NCBI GenBank assembly: GCA_009392915.1
Contig: CP045477.1
Location: forward strand, 384,001 to 448,000
DNA: 64,000 nucleotides
Source: Candidatus Forterrea multitransposorum CG_2015-17_Forterrea_25_41
GTDB lineage: Archaea; Iainarchaeota; Iainarchaeia; Iainarchaeales; CSSED10-239
Reading direction: 5' to 3'
A program made the translations under genes and the position numbers. Positions 39,165-49,184 of this stretch are shown here, piece by piece. Numbering within the stretch: the first letter of the stretch is position 1; every line of letters begins with the position of its first letter. The notes under the pieces were generated by a model. The model saw nothing but the letters and a program-made list of their open reading frames with translations, had not been told where the DNA came from and did not search any database.

Positions 39165-39890
39165 CTAAACTTTAATCTCTATTAAAACAGGATTATGGTC
39201 ACTAAATCTTCTAATTTCATCATTTTCAAGAACTTTGCAAGAAATAATGTTTTTAAAAATAGGTTTATTCATAAAAAAGTAATCATTTTGCCACTTAACT
39301 TTACTTTTTTTATGTCTTAAGGTCTGTACAGGATATTCTTTATCAGTTAAATCAAAAGCATCAAAAAAATTAAAATCTTTTAATCTATCAAAAAAAATCT
39401 TATGAGAGTTATTATATTTATATATTAAATCAAATTGAATACTTGCATTTAAATCTCCCCCCAATATAATATTTCTTTTACCATTAAGTTTACCATAAAA
39501 CAAAGGAGATAAATCAGATAACATGCTATGTAGATTAGGAATTGAATAACCATCTGTCATAAGACCATATAATGATATAAAAGTAAGTTTTTTATTATTT
39601 ATAACAGTATTTGCTATTGTTAAAGATCCATTAAATTTAGTATTTATTGTTTCCTGAGAAAGATTGTATTTTTTACTATAAATTCCAGATCCCCAATTAC
39701 GATTTTTATCAATTTTATTCCAAATAAGATTTGAATCTTTTTTAATATGTTCAGGAGGATTTGATTCTTGAAATAAATATATATCTGCATCAATATTATT
39801 TAAAAAATAATCCCAAATATCTTTATTTAGCTTTTTATTTTTCCAATAATCCATATTCCAAGTAACTATTTTAATATTCATTCTTATCAA
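39165..39890 (-). CDS. Endonuclease/exonuclease/phosphatase (EEP) family protein
   Basis: IVTWNMDYW, FQESNP, GGDLN and SDHNPV match conserved EEP catalytic blocks. Confidence 0.7.
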   Translation of the reverse strand: MIRMNIKIVTWNMDYWKNKKLNKDIWDYFLNNIDADIYLFQESNPPEHIKKDSNLIWNKIDKNRNWGSGIYSKKYNLSQETINTKFNGSLTIANTVINNKKLTFISLYGLMTDGYSIPNLHSMLSDLSPLFYGKLNGKRNIILGGDLNASIQFDLIYKYNNSHKIFFDRLKDFNFFDAFDLTDKEYPVQTLRHKKSKVKWQNDYFFMNKPIFKNIISCKVLENDEIRRFSDHNPVLIEIKV

Positions 39891-39898
39891 TTTTTATT

Positions 39899-40738
39899 TT
39901 AAATAACCTTCTTAATATTCTTTTCCAAGTAAACAATAAACTTATCTTTATTCTTTCCTTTTAACTTTTCCCAAGAATTATATACTTTTCTTATTTTATC
40001 TTCTAAAATAATATCTTCTTTATCATTATATCTGTATCTTGCATATTTTTCTTTATTATAACCTAACTTATATGCTAAAATATTTTCAATAGTAGATGTA
40101 AAAGTTTCACTAAATGACTGCTTTTTTATTCCACCATATTTATCTAAAATATATTTTTCAATTCTATTATATATTTCATTATTTGAATTAATTACATGAA
40201 TAAGTTCATGAATTAATAAAATATATATTCTATTTTTAGTAAATTTTCTATAATCAACATCATCTCCTATAGATATATGAAAAGATAAATTTGTTGCAGA
40301 ACCTCCAAAACCAGGCCTTGTATTATTTGCAACAAAGAAAGTAGAGCTTACTTTTGTAGAATTATAAATAACATCTAAATAAGGTTTAATTATTTTAAGT
40401 TCTTTCTCTTTAAAATTAGTTATAAATGTATTTAGAAAATCTTCTGATTTTTTATTAATAACAATAGGAAATAATTTTTTTAAAACAATTAGATGTTTTT
40501 TTTCAATATTACTTAATTTTTTTTTATTAACAATATTATCTATTAAATTTTTGTAATTAAGCCTATTTGTAGAAATAATACTATAATCTTTATTAATCAA
40601 AAAAATTAAATCTACCATTTCTTTTAATTGATTTTTATTAGCAAAAGTATAAACTTTATCAATATTACAATATGCTTTACAAGCAAGTCTTAAATCTTTT
40701 GAAGGTTTTATTAAGTTTAGTTTAATATCAACACTCAT
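39899..40738 (-). CDS. Hypothetical HExxH-motif protein (putative zinc metallopeptidase)
   Basis: ILLIHELIHVINSNNEIYN. Nothing else is diagnostic. Confidence 0.3.
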   Translation of the reverse strand: MSVDIKLNLIKPSKDLRLACKAYCNIDKVYTFANKNQLKEMVDLIFLINKDYSIISTNRLNYKNLIDNIVNKKKLSNIEKKHLIVLKKLFPIVINKKSEDFLNTFITNFKEKELKIIKPYLDVIYNSTKVSSTFFVANNTRPGFGGSATNLSFHISIGDDVDYRKFTKNRIYILLIHELIHVINSNNEIYNRIEKYILDKYGGIKKQSFSETFTSTIENILAYKLGYNKEKYARYRYNDKEDIILEDKIRKVYNSWEKLKGKNKDKFIVYLEKNIKKVI

Positions 40739-40805
40739 AAAGATATCTATTAAATAAAGGTTTTTTAAAAGTTATGTTTAATAAGGAGCTATCATAAACT
40801 AAAAA

Positions 40806-41147
40806 TTAAACATTTACCCAAATAACACAACCTTTCTTATGAACGTAAGGTTTTGGAGAAGAATATCTTTTGATATCAGACAATACCCAAGCATGAGGAT
40901 TATTATATTTTAAATCTAAAACATCTTCTTTCTTTATTTGATGCTTTTCTAAGTTTTTAAATAAAATATCTTTGTTAATTTTTATTGAATCTTTAATAGT
41001 ACATTCACCATATACTTTTTTGCTGCCACTCATAATAAGAGCAATTCTTTCACCAATCTTTGAAGTATTAAAGTTTCTTATCTCCCAAGTCTTTTTTCCT
41101 TCTAAGATTAAATTTAACCATTTTTCTTTAATTATAAGGCCTTTCAT
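40806..41147 (-). CDS. ASCH-domain (PUA-like) protein
   Basis: MKGLIIKEKWLNLILEGKKTWEIRNF...GERIALI matches the ASCH N-terminal beta-barrel signature. About 113 aa. Confidence 0.55.
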   Translation of the reverse strand: MKGLIIKEKWLNLILEGKKTWEIRNFNTSKIGERIALIMSGSKKVYGECTIKDSIKINKDILFKNLEKHQIKKEDVLDLKYNNPHAWVLSDIKRYSSPKPYVHKKGCVIWVNV

Positions 41148-41244
41148 AAAAGATATCTATATTTCAAAAGGCTTTTAAACTCTTTTATGTAGTAATTAAA
41201 CTATTTATTAAAAAACAAAAATATATCTTAATTAAGATGATAAA

Positions 41245-42603
41245 TTATTTATCAATAACTTTCCAATATCCTGCTTTGTCTGAACCTATTCTTTTTATCT
41301 TCTTTTGCTCTTTTAATATTTTTAAATATCTTTCAATAGTCTTTGTACTTAAATTAAATTCTGTTGCCATTTGAGCATAAGTAACTTTATTATTAGCTTT
41401 AATTAATTTTAATATTTTTACACCGACATTTACACCGACATTTACACCGACATTTACACCGACATTTACAGTGTCTTTTACAGGTGCATTTACACCGACA
41501 TTCATAGTAGATTCTATTATTTTTTGTCTTTTAAAAACAATACAAAACCAATCAGTATCTATATTAAACTTAACACTTGGAAAAAGTTTTTTTATTCTTT
41601 TAATACCAGAACCAATCTTTTCAATAAACTCTGTTCTTTGTAAACAACCTGCTAAAATAGGATTTCTTAATATACTTACTTTTCCAAAATCTTTTGGACT
41701 AAAAAGAAGTTTTCCTGGATTTAATATTTCAACTCTATCTTCATACACTTCTACCAATATTCTTCCTTGAACAAAATAATCTCTATGAATCATGGCATTT
41801 AGTACTGCTTCCCTTAAAGCAGCCTCTGGTATTTCAGGGGTTTCAACTCTTCTTAAATTAATAATATCAGCCCGTGTTTTTGTATTTCTTAGGATAAATA
41901 ACACAGCATTTTCAAAATTTGATAAAAAGTCAGATTCAAATACTTTTTTATCAAGCATAACAGCCTTAGTATCTCCTTGGTATAAAACACAACTAATATC
42001 TGCATTTAAAAAGAATTTAGTAATTCTTTTTGAAAATAATAATGCACAGGCATTATTTGGAATATCATTTGTTAAAAGATTTAAATTTTTTAAAATATGC
42101 TCTTTTGATAGAGTTGTTGAAAATTTTGCTTTTTTTCTATATTTAAGAAATTTAGTATTATCTATATCTTTAAAATTAAATGAAGAAGTTTGTTTTTCAA
42201 AAGAAATTTTATTTTCGTTTTGTAAAAAATCAATAATTTCATTTCTATCTAGCTTTTGAGAGTTAGCACCTTGCCTTACATAAAAAGAACCACCTACTAA
42301 ATATGGTTTATCTTTTCCTAAAGGAACATATATTATACCAATATTATCTATGATTTCAAAATTAACAACTAAAGAGGGATCTATGTTTCTTGCAATTGTT
42401 TGTACTTCAGAGGAAAATCTATTGTTTATAGAAATACCTTTTATTTCTCCTTTATCTGTAACTCCTAAAAGAATTTTACCTCCATCTGAGTTTGCAAAAG
42501 CACAAATTGATTTTCCAATTTCTTTATGGTTTAAACTTTCTTTAAACTCAAGAGTATATCCTTCTCCTGTTTTTATAAGATTAAGTAAGTTCTTTTTATC
42601 CAT
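41245..42603 (-). CDS. AlbA_2 (Schlafen-like) domain plus divergent HATPase_c_4 ATPase plus C-terminal wHTH; putative ATP-dependent transcriptional regulator (RecG-C-terminal-like family)
   Basis: The AlbA_2 N-terminus is LIKTGEGYTLEFKESL...AFANSDGGKILLGV. The C-terminal HTH is KVTYAQMATEFNLSTKTIERYLKILK. An in-frame (VGVN)n linker lies between the domains. Confidence 0.6.
   Translation of the reverse strand: MDKKNLLNLIKTGEGYTLEFKESLNHKEIGKSICAFANSDGGKILLGVTDKGEIKGISINNRFSSEVQTIARNIDPSLVVNFEIIDNIGIIYVPLGKDKPYLVGGSFYVRQGANSQKLDRNEIIDFLQNENKISFEKQTSSFNFKDIDNTKFLKYRKKAKFSTTLSKEHILKNLNLLTNDIPNNACALLFSKRITKFFLNADISCVLYQGDTKAVMLDKKVFESDFLSNFENAVLFILRNTKTRADIINLRRVETPEIPEAALREAVLNAMIHRDYFVQGRILVEVYEDRVEILNPGKLLFSPKDFGKVSILRNPILAGCLQRTEFIEKIGSGIKRIKKLFPSVKFNIDTDWFCIVFKRQKIIESTMNVGVNAPVKDTVNVGVNVGVNVGVNVGVKILKLIKANNKVTYAQMATEFNLSTKTIERYLKILKEQKKIKRIGSDKAGYWKVIDK
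41419..41502. repeat. 12-bp tandem repeat (tacaccgacatt)x7, five perfect and two degenerate, in-frame within the AlbA_2 regulator gene
   Basis: Perfect units start at 41419, 41431, 41443, 41455 and 41491; degenerate units at 41467 and 41479. On the coding strand they encode NVGVNVGVNVGV... Confidence 0.85.
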
Positions 42604-42722
42604 TTATATCATTCTTTTTAAAATTATACTTTTCTTTTAATTATTAAAAATTATGTTTTTTTGGAAGGTAATCTCTTTTATAATATATATTAGGACCTTT
42701 AAACTACATATATATTTTGAAA

Positions 42723-42749
42723 GGGAGAGGCCTCGTGGCCGAGAAAAGA
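42723..42749. promoter_or_regulatory. Copy 3 (variant) of the recurrent motif, GGGAGAGGCCTCGTGGCCGAGAAAAG, upstream of the AlbA_2 regulator gene and divergent from leuS
   Basis: It shares the TGGCCGAGAAA core and AGAGG prefix, and contains the palindrome GAGGCCTC. In minus orientation it lies about 9 bp upstream of an ATATATATG TATA-like element. Confidence 0.4.
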
Positions 42750-42937
42750 GCTTTATAATTAAAAGTTACTAAAATGCGCAAAATAAAATTAAAAAAAGAA
42801 TATATTTAACAAAAAAAAGTAAAATTATTTTATTTAAATAAAACATAAAGTAAAATATGTTTAAATATGTTTTGCAAAGAAGATATATATTATATATAAA
42901 AGAATATATAACAAAAATTAAAAAAATATGAAAACTT

Positions 42938-45307
42938 ATGGCCTTAGAAAACTGGAACAAAGATTTAGAAAAAGAAATCATTGAATTTGAAATTAAAAAT
43001 AAACTATTTAAGTTTAGAGAAGCAGAAGAAAAAGAAGTCTTTAGTATAGACACACCTCCTCCATACTTAAACAGACCAATACATATAGGACAAGCAACAA
43101 CTTATGCAATCATGGACATGATTGCAAGATATAGAAGAAAGAAAAACTATAATGTTATTTTTCCTCTAGGACTTGACAGAAACGGACTTCCAATAGAGAT
43201 GGAAGCTGAAAAAAAATATAACATGAATATTTTAACAACTCCAAGAGAAGAATATGTTGATAAATGTAGAGAAATTTTAATTGAATACTCTGGAGAAACA
43301 CAAAGTAGTTTTAGAAAAATAGGAATAAGCTTTAATTCCTATGAAGTAAATGAAGAAATAGGTTCAGTATATGAAACAGATTCTCCAAAATACAGACAAC
43401 TAACACAAAAAACATTTTTATCACTTTATAAAAAAGGACTAATCTATGAAGATGAAAAAGTTGTAAACTATTGTCCAGGCTGTAAGACAACAATTGCAGA
43501 TTCTGAAATTGATTATAAAGAAACAGAATCTTCATTTAATACAATTCTTTTCACAGTTAAAGAGACTGGAGAAAAAATACCAATAGCAACCACAAGACCA
43601 GAACTTATGTGCAGTATTGGTATGGTTATCTTTAACCCAGAAGATGAAAGATGGAAAAACTTAGATGGAAAAACAGCAGTAACTCCTTTATTTAACCTAG
43701 AAGTTCCAATAAAAGCACACACTCTTGCAAAACAAGACAAAGGAACTGGACTTGTTATGATGTGTTCTGCAGGTGATTATTCAGATATTAGATTTTTTAG
43801 AGAACATGGTATTAAACCAATAATCTCAATTAACATAGACGGAACAATGAACAGTAATGCTAAAGAGTTTGAAGGATTAAGAGTTAAGAAAGCAAGAGCA
43901 CAAATAATTGAAACTTTAAAAGAAAAAGGCCTTGTAACTGAAGAAAAGAAAATACAACATAAGGTTCCTATCTGTGAAAGAAGTAAAGATGAAGTTGAGT
44001 TTATTGCTCAAAGTGAATATTATTTAAAACAACTTGATTTTTTAGAAGATGTTAAAAAAATAGGAAATTCAATGAATTTTACAAATCCTGCAAGTAAAAA
44101 AATATTTGATGATTGGCTTAACACAGTTTCAACTGATTGGCCAATTTCAAGAAGAAGATATTATGCAACTGAAGTTCCTTTATGGTATTGTAAAGACTGT
44201 GGAGAAGTTATCTTAGGATCTGAAGATAAATATCAACAACCATGGAAAGAACTTCCAGAAACAAAAACTTGTCCTAAATGTTCTTCTGAGAACATAGAAG
44301 GAGATAAAAGAGTTTTAGATACTTGGTTTGATTCTTCAAACACTCCTCTTTATATACATCATTTTGGAAGTGATTTTTTTAATAAACATCCAGTATGTTC
44401 TCTAAGACCACAAGGTAAAGAGATTGTTAGAACCTGGCTTTATTATACAGTTTTAAAAGCTTATTTAATGAATGGTGGAGTTATCTTTAAAGATGTATAT
44501 ATCCATCAACATATCTTAGATGGAAAAGGATTTAAAATGTCAAAATCTAAAGGAAACATTATAGATCCTCAAAAAATCTTAGATAGTTATGGTGCTGAAA
44601 GTTTTAGATTATGGGCTGTAACTGAAGGTAATTTAGATCAAAAAGATTTTATGTGTTCTGAACAAAATATTAAAGCTGAACAAAAAACATTAAATAAACT
44701 TTGGAATGTTTCAAAGTTTATAACTCAGTTTAAAAAGAATGATTCTGTTGACACTAAGTTTACAGAACTTGATTTAACTTTAAGAAAAGAAATAAATGAG
44801 CTTGTAAAGCTTGCTGATAGAGATTATAATAGATATAATTTCCATATACCTATAGTTAAAGCAAAATATTTCTTAAACAATACTCTTTCTTCAAACTATT
44901 TAGAACTTGTTAAAAGTAGATGTTATAATGGAGAAGGAAAGTTTAAAGAGGAAGAAAAGAATGGTGCTATTGAGACTTTAAGATATGCTCTTGAGAAATT
45001 ACTATATATTCTTTATCCAGTAATACCTTTTACAACTAATATTATTGTTAAAGAAATATATGGAAAAGATATTAATGAAATTTATTTCCCTGAAGCTGAA
45101 GAAATTACAAGTAAGTTTACAATTGAAGATATTGAAACCTTAAACAACAGTATTTGGAAATATAAGAAAAATAATAATATTTCTCTAAAAGATTCTGTTG
45201 AAAAAGTTACTTTACCTTTAAAGTATGAGATTATAAAGGATGATATAAAGGTAACTCATAATATTATAAACCTAGAGTTTAAAGAAGGAGAAGAAATTAT
45301 TATTTAA
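42938..45307 (+). CDS. leuS: Leucyl-tRNA synthetase, archaeal type (class Ia), compact 789 aa
   Basis: The HIGH region is PYLNRPIHIGQATTYAIMDMIARYRRKKNYNVIFP, resembling archaeal LeuRS [28 protein letters not shown]. The editing block is ATTRPELM...GTGLVMMCSAGDYSD..GIKPIISI. KMSKS is FKMSKSKGN. The second His of HIGH is replaced by Gln. Confidence 0.7.
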   Translation: MALENWNKDLEKEIIEFEIKNKLFKFREAEEKEVFSIDTPPPYLNRPIHIGQATTYAIMDMIARYRRKKNYNVIFPLGLDRNGLPIEMEAEKKYNMNILTTPREEYVDKCREILIEYSGETQSSFRKIGISFNSYEVNEEIGSVYETDSPKYRQLTQKTFLSLYKKGLIYEDEKVVNYCPGCKTTIADSEIDYKETESSFNTILFTVKETGEKIPIATTRPELMCSIGMVIFNPEDERWKNLDGKTAVTPLFNLEVPIKAHTLAKQDKGTGLVMMCSAGDYSDIRFFREHGIKPIISINIDGTMNSNAKEFEGLRVKKARAQIIETLKEKGLVTEEKKIQHKVPICERSKDEVEFIAQSEYYLKQLDFLEDVKKIGNSMNFTNPASKKIFDDWLNTVSTDWPISRRRYYATEVPLWYCKDCGEVILGSEDKYQQPWKELPETKTCPKCSSENIEGDKRVLDTWFDSSNTPLYIHHFGSDFFNKHPVCSLRPQGKEIVRTWLYYTVLKAYLMNGGVIFKDVYIHQHILDGKGFKMSKSKGNIIDPQKILDSYGAESFRLWAVTEGNLDQKDFMCSEQNIKAEQKTLNKLWNVSKFITQFKKNDSVDTKFTELDLTLRKEINELVKLADRDYNRYNFHIPIVKAKYFLNNTLSSNYLELVKSRCYNGEGKFKEEEKNGAIETLRYALEKLLYILYPVIPFTTNIIVKEIYGKDINEIYFPEAEEITSKFTIEDIETLNNSIWKYKKNNNISLKDSVEKVTLPLKYEIIKDDIKVTHNIINLEFKEGEEIII

Positions 45308-45333
45308 TTTCTTTTTTTATAAATTTTATATTT

Positions 45334-45371
45334 TACCCTGGAGAAACTACTTTTTTTAAATGTCCAGGGTA
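45334..45371. terminator. Perfect 9-bp inverted repeat TACCCTGGA...TCCAGGGTA with a T-rich 20-nt loop between the convergent leuS and sod genes
   Basis: The stem arms are at 45334-45342 and 45363-45371. It sits between two converging stop codons, giving it a plausible bidirectional terminator position. Confidence 0.45.
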
Positions 45372-45393
45372 AAGAATAATTTTGTATTAAAAA

Positions 45394-46014
45394 CTATTTA
45401 TAGCTATTAAAAAGAAACTCTGCTTGCTTCCAATTTACAACATTCCAGAAAGCATCAACATACTCTGCTCTCTTGTTTTGATATTTAAGATAATATGCAT
45501 GCTCCCAAACATCTAAAGCTAAAATTGGTTTTAAGCCTAAAGAGATTGCAGAATCTTGATTTCTTGTCTGTATAATTTCAAGTTTTCCTTCCTTATTTAA
45601 AACAAGCCATACCCAACCAGAACCAAATAAAGTTAAAGCTTTTTCTTTAAATTTTTCTTTAAAGTTTTCAAAACTTTCAAAAGAAGTTACAATTTCTTTT
45701 TCTAAAGCTTCAAAAGGTGCTTTATTTGAGGTAGGAGATAAAATATCCCAAAAGAAATTATGATTGAAATATCCTCCACCATTGTTAATGATCGCTTGCT
45801 TTTTATCTTCTGGTAGAACAGATAAATCTTTTAATATATCAATAACTGACATGTTTTCAAGAGATGTACCTTCAATTGCTTTAATAAACTTATCATAGTA
45901 GGCTCTATGGTGTTTTGTATGATGAACACTCATTGTTTCTTTGTCTATAAATGGTTCTAAGGCATCATATTCATATGGAAGAGATGCAAATTGATTTATA
46001 TTGTTTTCACTCAT
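45394..46014 (-). CDS. sodA: Fe/Mn superoxide dismutase
   Basis: The signature DVWEHAYYL is present. Metal ligands sit in the N-terminal HHTKHH and C-terminal D..WEH blocks. Confidence 0.9.
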   Translation of the reverse strand: MSENNINQFASLPYEYDALEPFIDKETMSVHHTKHHRAYYDKFIKAIEGTSLENMSVIDILKDLSVLPEDKKQAIINNGGGYFNHNFFWDILSPTSNKAPFEALEKEIVTSFESFENFKEKFKEKALTLFGSGWVWLVLNKEGKLEIIQTRNQDSAISLGLKPILALDVWEHAYYLKYQNKRAEYVDAFWNVVNWKQAEFLFNSYK

Positions 46015-46153
46015 TTTAAAATCACACTCCTTTGGTTATAAGAATTTTTTTAAGTAAAAATATAAGAATAAGATTATATGAAATAACAATCATATATATA
46101 ATAATAGAGAAAAAGGTTTAAAAAGGGTAAGATTAAACCTTAAAACTTAACTT

Positions 46154-46945
46154 CTAAGAAATATTACCCCATTTAACTAAAGTTGCCTTTTCTATCTTTT
46201 TAAAAACTAATTCTTCCATTATAAGCCCAATAATAGCTATTAAAAATATACCAATTAAAACTTTATCAAAAGAAAAAGTCCATTGTGCAGTCCAAATAAA
46301 CTTTCCAAGTCCACCAAAAATTGAAATTAACATTTCAGCTCCAACTAAAGATCTCCAAGCAGAACCAAAACCTAATCTTATACCTGTCATAATTTCAGGA
46401 AGAGCACCAGGTAATATTACTTTTAAAATAATTTTAAATTTTGAAAGTCCAATATTTTTAGCAGCCAAAATCCAATTTGGATTAACATTTCTAACTCCAC
46501 TAATAGTACTATATATCATTTTCATAAAAGCAGAAATAAATATTACAATCCAGATAGTTTCTCTTGTAAATCCAAAAAATAAAATAATAAAAGGAATCCA
46601 TGCAAGTGAAGGAACTAAATATATGGCCCCTAAGAAAGGAGATATAATTTTTCTAAAAGTTTTATTAACTCCAATTAAGATACCTAATAATATAGAAGTA
46701 ATTAATGCAAGTATAAATGCAGGGATTGCATTTTTCATACTTATAAACAATAATCTAAATAATGTTCCATCTATTAATAATTTATAAAACTCCTTTAAAA
46801 CTAATAATGGAGACGGAAGCATCCAATGAGGTACCCATTGAAAAACATAGATTAATTGCCAAAGTACAATTAAAAATACAAATGGAATTGATCCAAGTAA
46901 TATATTTTTAATGTTTTTATTCTTTATATATCTCATATTGTGCAT
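46154..46945 (-). CDS. ABC transporter permease (NitT/TauT family; SsuC/TauC-like)
   Basis: The BPD_transp_1 EAA-like loop is LAAKNIGLSKFKIILKVILPGALP. It has six TM helices. Confidence 0.85.
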   Translation of the reverse strand: MHNMRYIKNKNIKNILLGSIPFVFLIVLWQLIYVFQWVPHWMLPSPLLVLKEFYKLLIDGTLFRLLFISMKNAIPAFILALITSILLGILIGVNKTFRKIISPFLGAIYLVPSLAWIPFIILFFGFTRETIWIVIFISAFMKMIYSTISGVRNVNPNWILAAKNIGLSKFKIILKVILPGALPEIMTGIRLGFGSAWRSLVGAEMLISIFGGLGKFIWTAQWTFSFDKVLIGIFLIAIIGLIMEELVFKKIEKATLVKWGNIS

Positions 46946-47921
46946 TCTTTAATTTTTCTTCAAATCTTTTATCAAATAAATCATCAATAGTTAAATTAAC
47001 ATCTATTAAATTATTTTCTTGAGCATATATAGCATAATCTAAAAAATTATCTAAATCAACCCATAAATTAAATTTTAATAAAGATAAAGAGTTTATAACT
47101 TCTTCTTTAGAATAGGAAATTATATCTTTATTAACAGCATTAATATGCTTTTGTAAAAGATTATATGTTTCATCAGGATTTTCAACCATAAACCTATGAC
47201 TTTCAATATATCCATCAATAAATTTTTCAACAACTTCTGGATTACCTTCAAGATAATCAGTATTTACAACTAAAGAAGTATTTAAAAAATATCTTTTATC
47301 ATATCCTTTTTCCTCCCATTCTGGAAGAATAATTGCCCCTGATTTAAAAAATTCTTCTTTACCTTCAGCACCTTTCAATGCTGCAGAAATTATTTTTTTT
47401 TCAACTAAAGCAAGAGGGGTATATGCATTTTCAATATCAACATAAGTATATTGAATATCTAAATTATTTTCTTTTAAAATTCTATTAAGCACATAACCAC
47501 TAGTACTATCAACTCTTGTTGCAATAGAGGTATTATTTAAATCTTTTAAGGTTAAAATATCATTAGGTCTTACATAAGCCATACTTGGTGCTAGTGCCAT
47601 TGGAGCAATAAATTTAATATTTATTCCTTTTGAAATTGGATCTATAAAATTATTTGCACCACCAGTAACTAAATTTACTTGGTTACTTGATACTGCTTGA
47701 CGAGAATATTTAGTAGAACTAAAAGGAACATATTCTACAATAATTCCTTGTTTTTCAAATAAACCTAATTCTTTTCCAACAAATATAGGAGAATGACCAA
47801 AACTATCTTCACTATATCCAATAATTATGTCTGATTTTACTTTTGAATTATTATTAAAAATAAAAATTCCAATTATTATTAATATTATTATAATGGGTAT
47901 TACCCAAAATTTTAATTTCAT
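46917..47921 (-). CDS. ABC transporter substrate-binding protein (NMT1/SsuA/TauA-like)
   Basis: An N-terminal signal/TM anchor precedes a periplasmic-binding-protein-like fold. It is in an operon with the NitT/TauT permease and ATPase. Confidence 0.6.
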   Translation of the reverse strand: MKLKFWVIPIIIILIIIGIFIFNNNSKVKSDIIIGYSEDSFGHSPIFVGKELGLFEKQGIIVEYVPFSSTKYSRQAVSSNQVNLVTGGANNFIDPISKGINIKFIAPMALAPSMAYVRPNDILTLKDLNNTSIATRVDSTSGYVLNRILKENNLDIQYTYVDIENAYTPLALVEKKIISAALKGAEGKEEFFKSGAIILPEWEEKGYDKRYFLNTSLVVNTDYLEGNPEVVEKFIDGYIESHRFMVENPDETYNLLQKHINAVNKDIISYSKEEVINSLSLLKFNLWVDLDNFLDYAIYAQENNLIDVNLTIDDLFDKRFEEKLKNAQYEIYKE

Positions 47922-47937
47922 TTAATCTCAACTCCTT

Positions 47938-48768
47938 TTATAATTTAACATTTAATATTTTATTTTCCATATCATTACTAACAAAATCAGACTCTTTAGT
48001 TTTAATAAAATCCTCTTTCATTTCTTTTTCAATATCTTCTCTTAATTTAATGATTTCTAAACTATTAAGTTTTCTTGGTCTTTTATGCTTTAAGTTATAG
48101 ATTTTTTTAATCTTTGCAGGTCTTGGGGATAATAAATATATTCTATCTGCAAGATAAAGTGCTTCATTAATACTATGAGTTACAAAAATAACTGTTTTTT
48201 TTGTTTTAAGCCATATTTTTTCAATTTCTTCTCTTAAATGTTTTCTATATTGATTATCTAGAGCAGATAAAGGCTCATCCATTAATAATAATTTAGGATC
48301 TACAACTAAGGCTCTTGCAATTGATACTCTCTGTTGCATTCCTCCTGAAAGTTTATGAATATTCCACTCTTTAAAATAATCTAAACCAACTAAAGAAATA
48401 TATTTATTTACAGTTTTTTCTTTTTCTTTTTTACTAAGATTTGAATTTTCTAAAGCAAAAGAGATATTTTCAGAAACAGTTCTCCATGGAAAAAGAACAT
48501 AATTTTGAAAAACCATCATTCTTTCTGGAGAAGGAGCTATAATTTCTTTATCTAAAAATAAGATTTTTCCTTTAGTTTGTTTTAGAAAACCAGCTAAAAG
48601 ATAAAGTAAAATAGTTTTACCACAACCACTTGGACCTAAGATACAAATAAACTCTCCATCTTTAACAGAAAAAGAAATATCATCTATGATTTTAAATTCA
48701 GAATTATTTTCAAAAAAAGACATGGATACATTCTTTAAATCCAACATATATATTTTAGAAGAGAACAA
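47938..48768 (-). CDS. ABC transporter ATP-binding protein (SsuB/TauB-like)
   Basis: Walker A is GPSGCGKT, the signature is LSGGMQQRVSIARAL and Walker B is LLLMDEPLSALD. Confidence 0.9.
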   Translation of the reverse strand: MFSSKIYMLDLKNVSMSFFENNSEFKIIDDISFSVKDGEFICILGPSGCGKTILLYLLAGFLKQTKGKILFLDKEIIAPSPERMMVFQNYVLFPWRTVSENISFALENSNLSKKEKEKTVNKYISLVGLDYFKEWNIHKLSGGMQQRVSIARALVVDPKLLLMDEPLSALDNQYRKHLREEIEKIWLKTKKTVIFVTHSINEALYLADRIYLLSPRPAKIKKIYNLKHKRPRKLNSLEIIKLREDIEKEMKEDFIKTKESDFVSNDMENKILNVKL

Positions 48769-48824
48769 TTTTTAAATAATGATTATTTATGTTTAGAAAG
48801 AACCTTTATGTTTAAGTTTAAAAA

Positions 48825-49169
48825 TTATTTCTTTTTTAAGGACTTTTTAATAGATGTTATCCCATATTCTAAAGGGATGGTATCTAGATTTAAATGAACT
48901 CTATTAATCTCTAAGACTTCAAGAAACTCTCTATAGGAAAGACCAGCAATTTCTGAAGCTGCAGAAATGTTTACAAGATTATTTTTATAAGCTTCTATAC
49001 CCTTTGAAACCCTATACTCAGAAATATCTTTCTCAATTAAAGACCTGATATACTCTGATTCAGTAAGATTTTTCTCTTTTGCAATAGTATAAACAATACT
49101 TGATAAAGAATCTTTAAGTCTTAATGTTTTCACATTCATTTTATCTTTTTCATCTATTTTCTTAACCAC
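48825..49169 (-). CDS. UPF0175-family antitoxin-like protein with N-terminal RHH-like segment
   Basis: ISAASEIAGLSYREFLEVLEINRV matches the UPF0175 C-terminal motif. It sits next to a DUF3368/PIN gene. Confidence 0.45.
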   Translation of the reverse strand: MVKKIDEKDKMNVKTLRLKDSLSSIVYTIAKEKNLTESEYIRSLIEKDISEYRVSKGIEAYKNNLVNISAASEIAGLSYREFLEVLEINRVHLNLDTIPLEYGITSIKKSLKKK

Positions 49170-49184
49170 AATAAACCATCTCCT

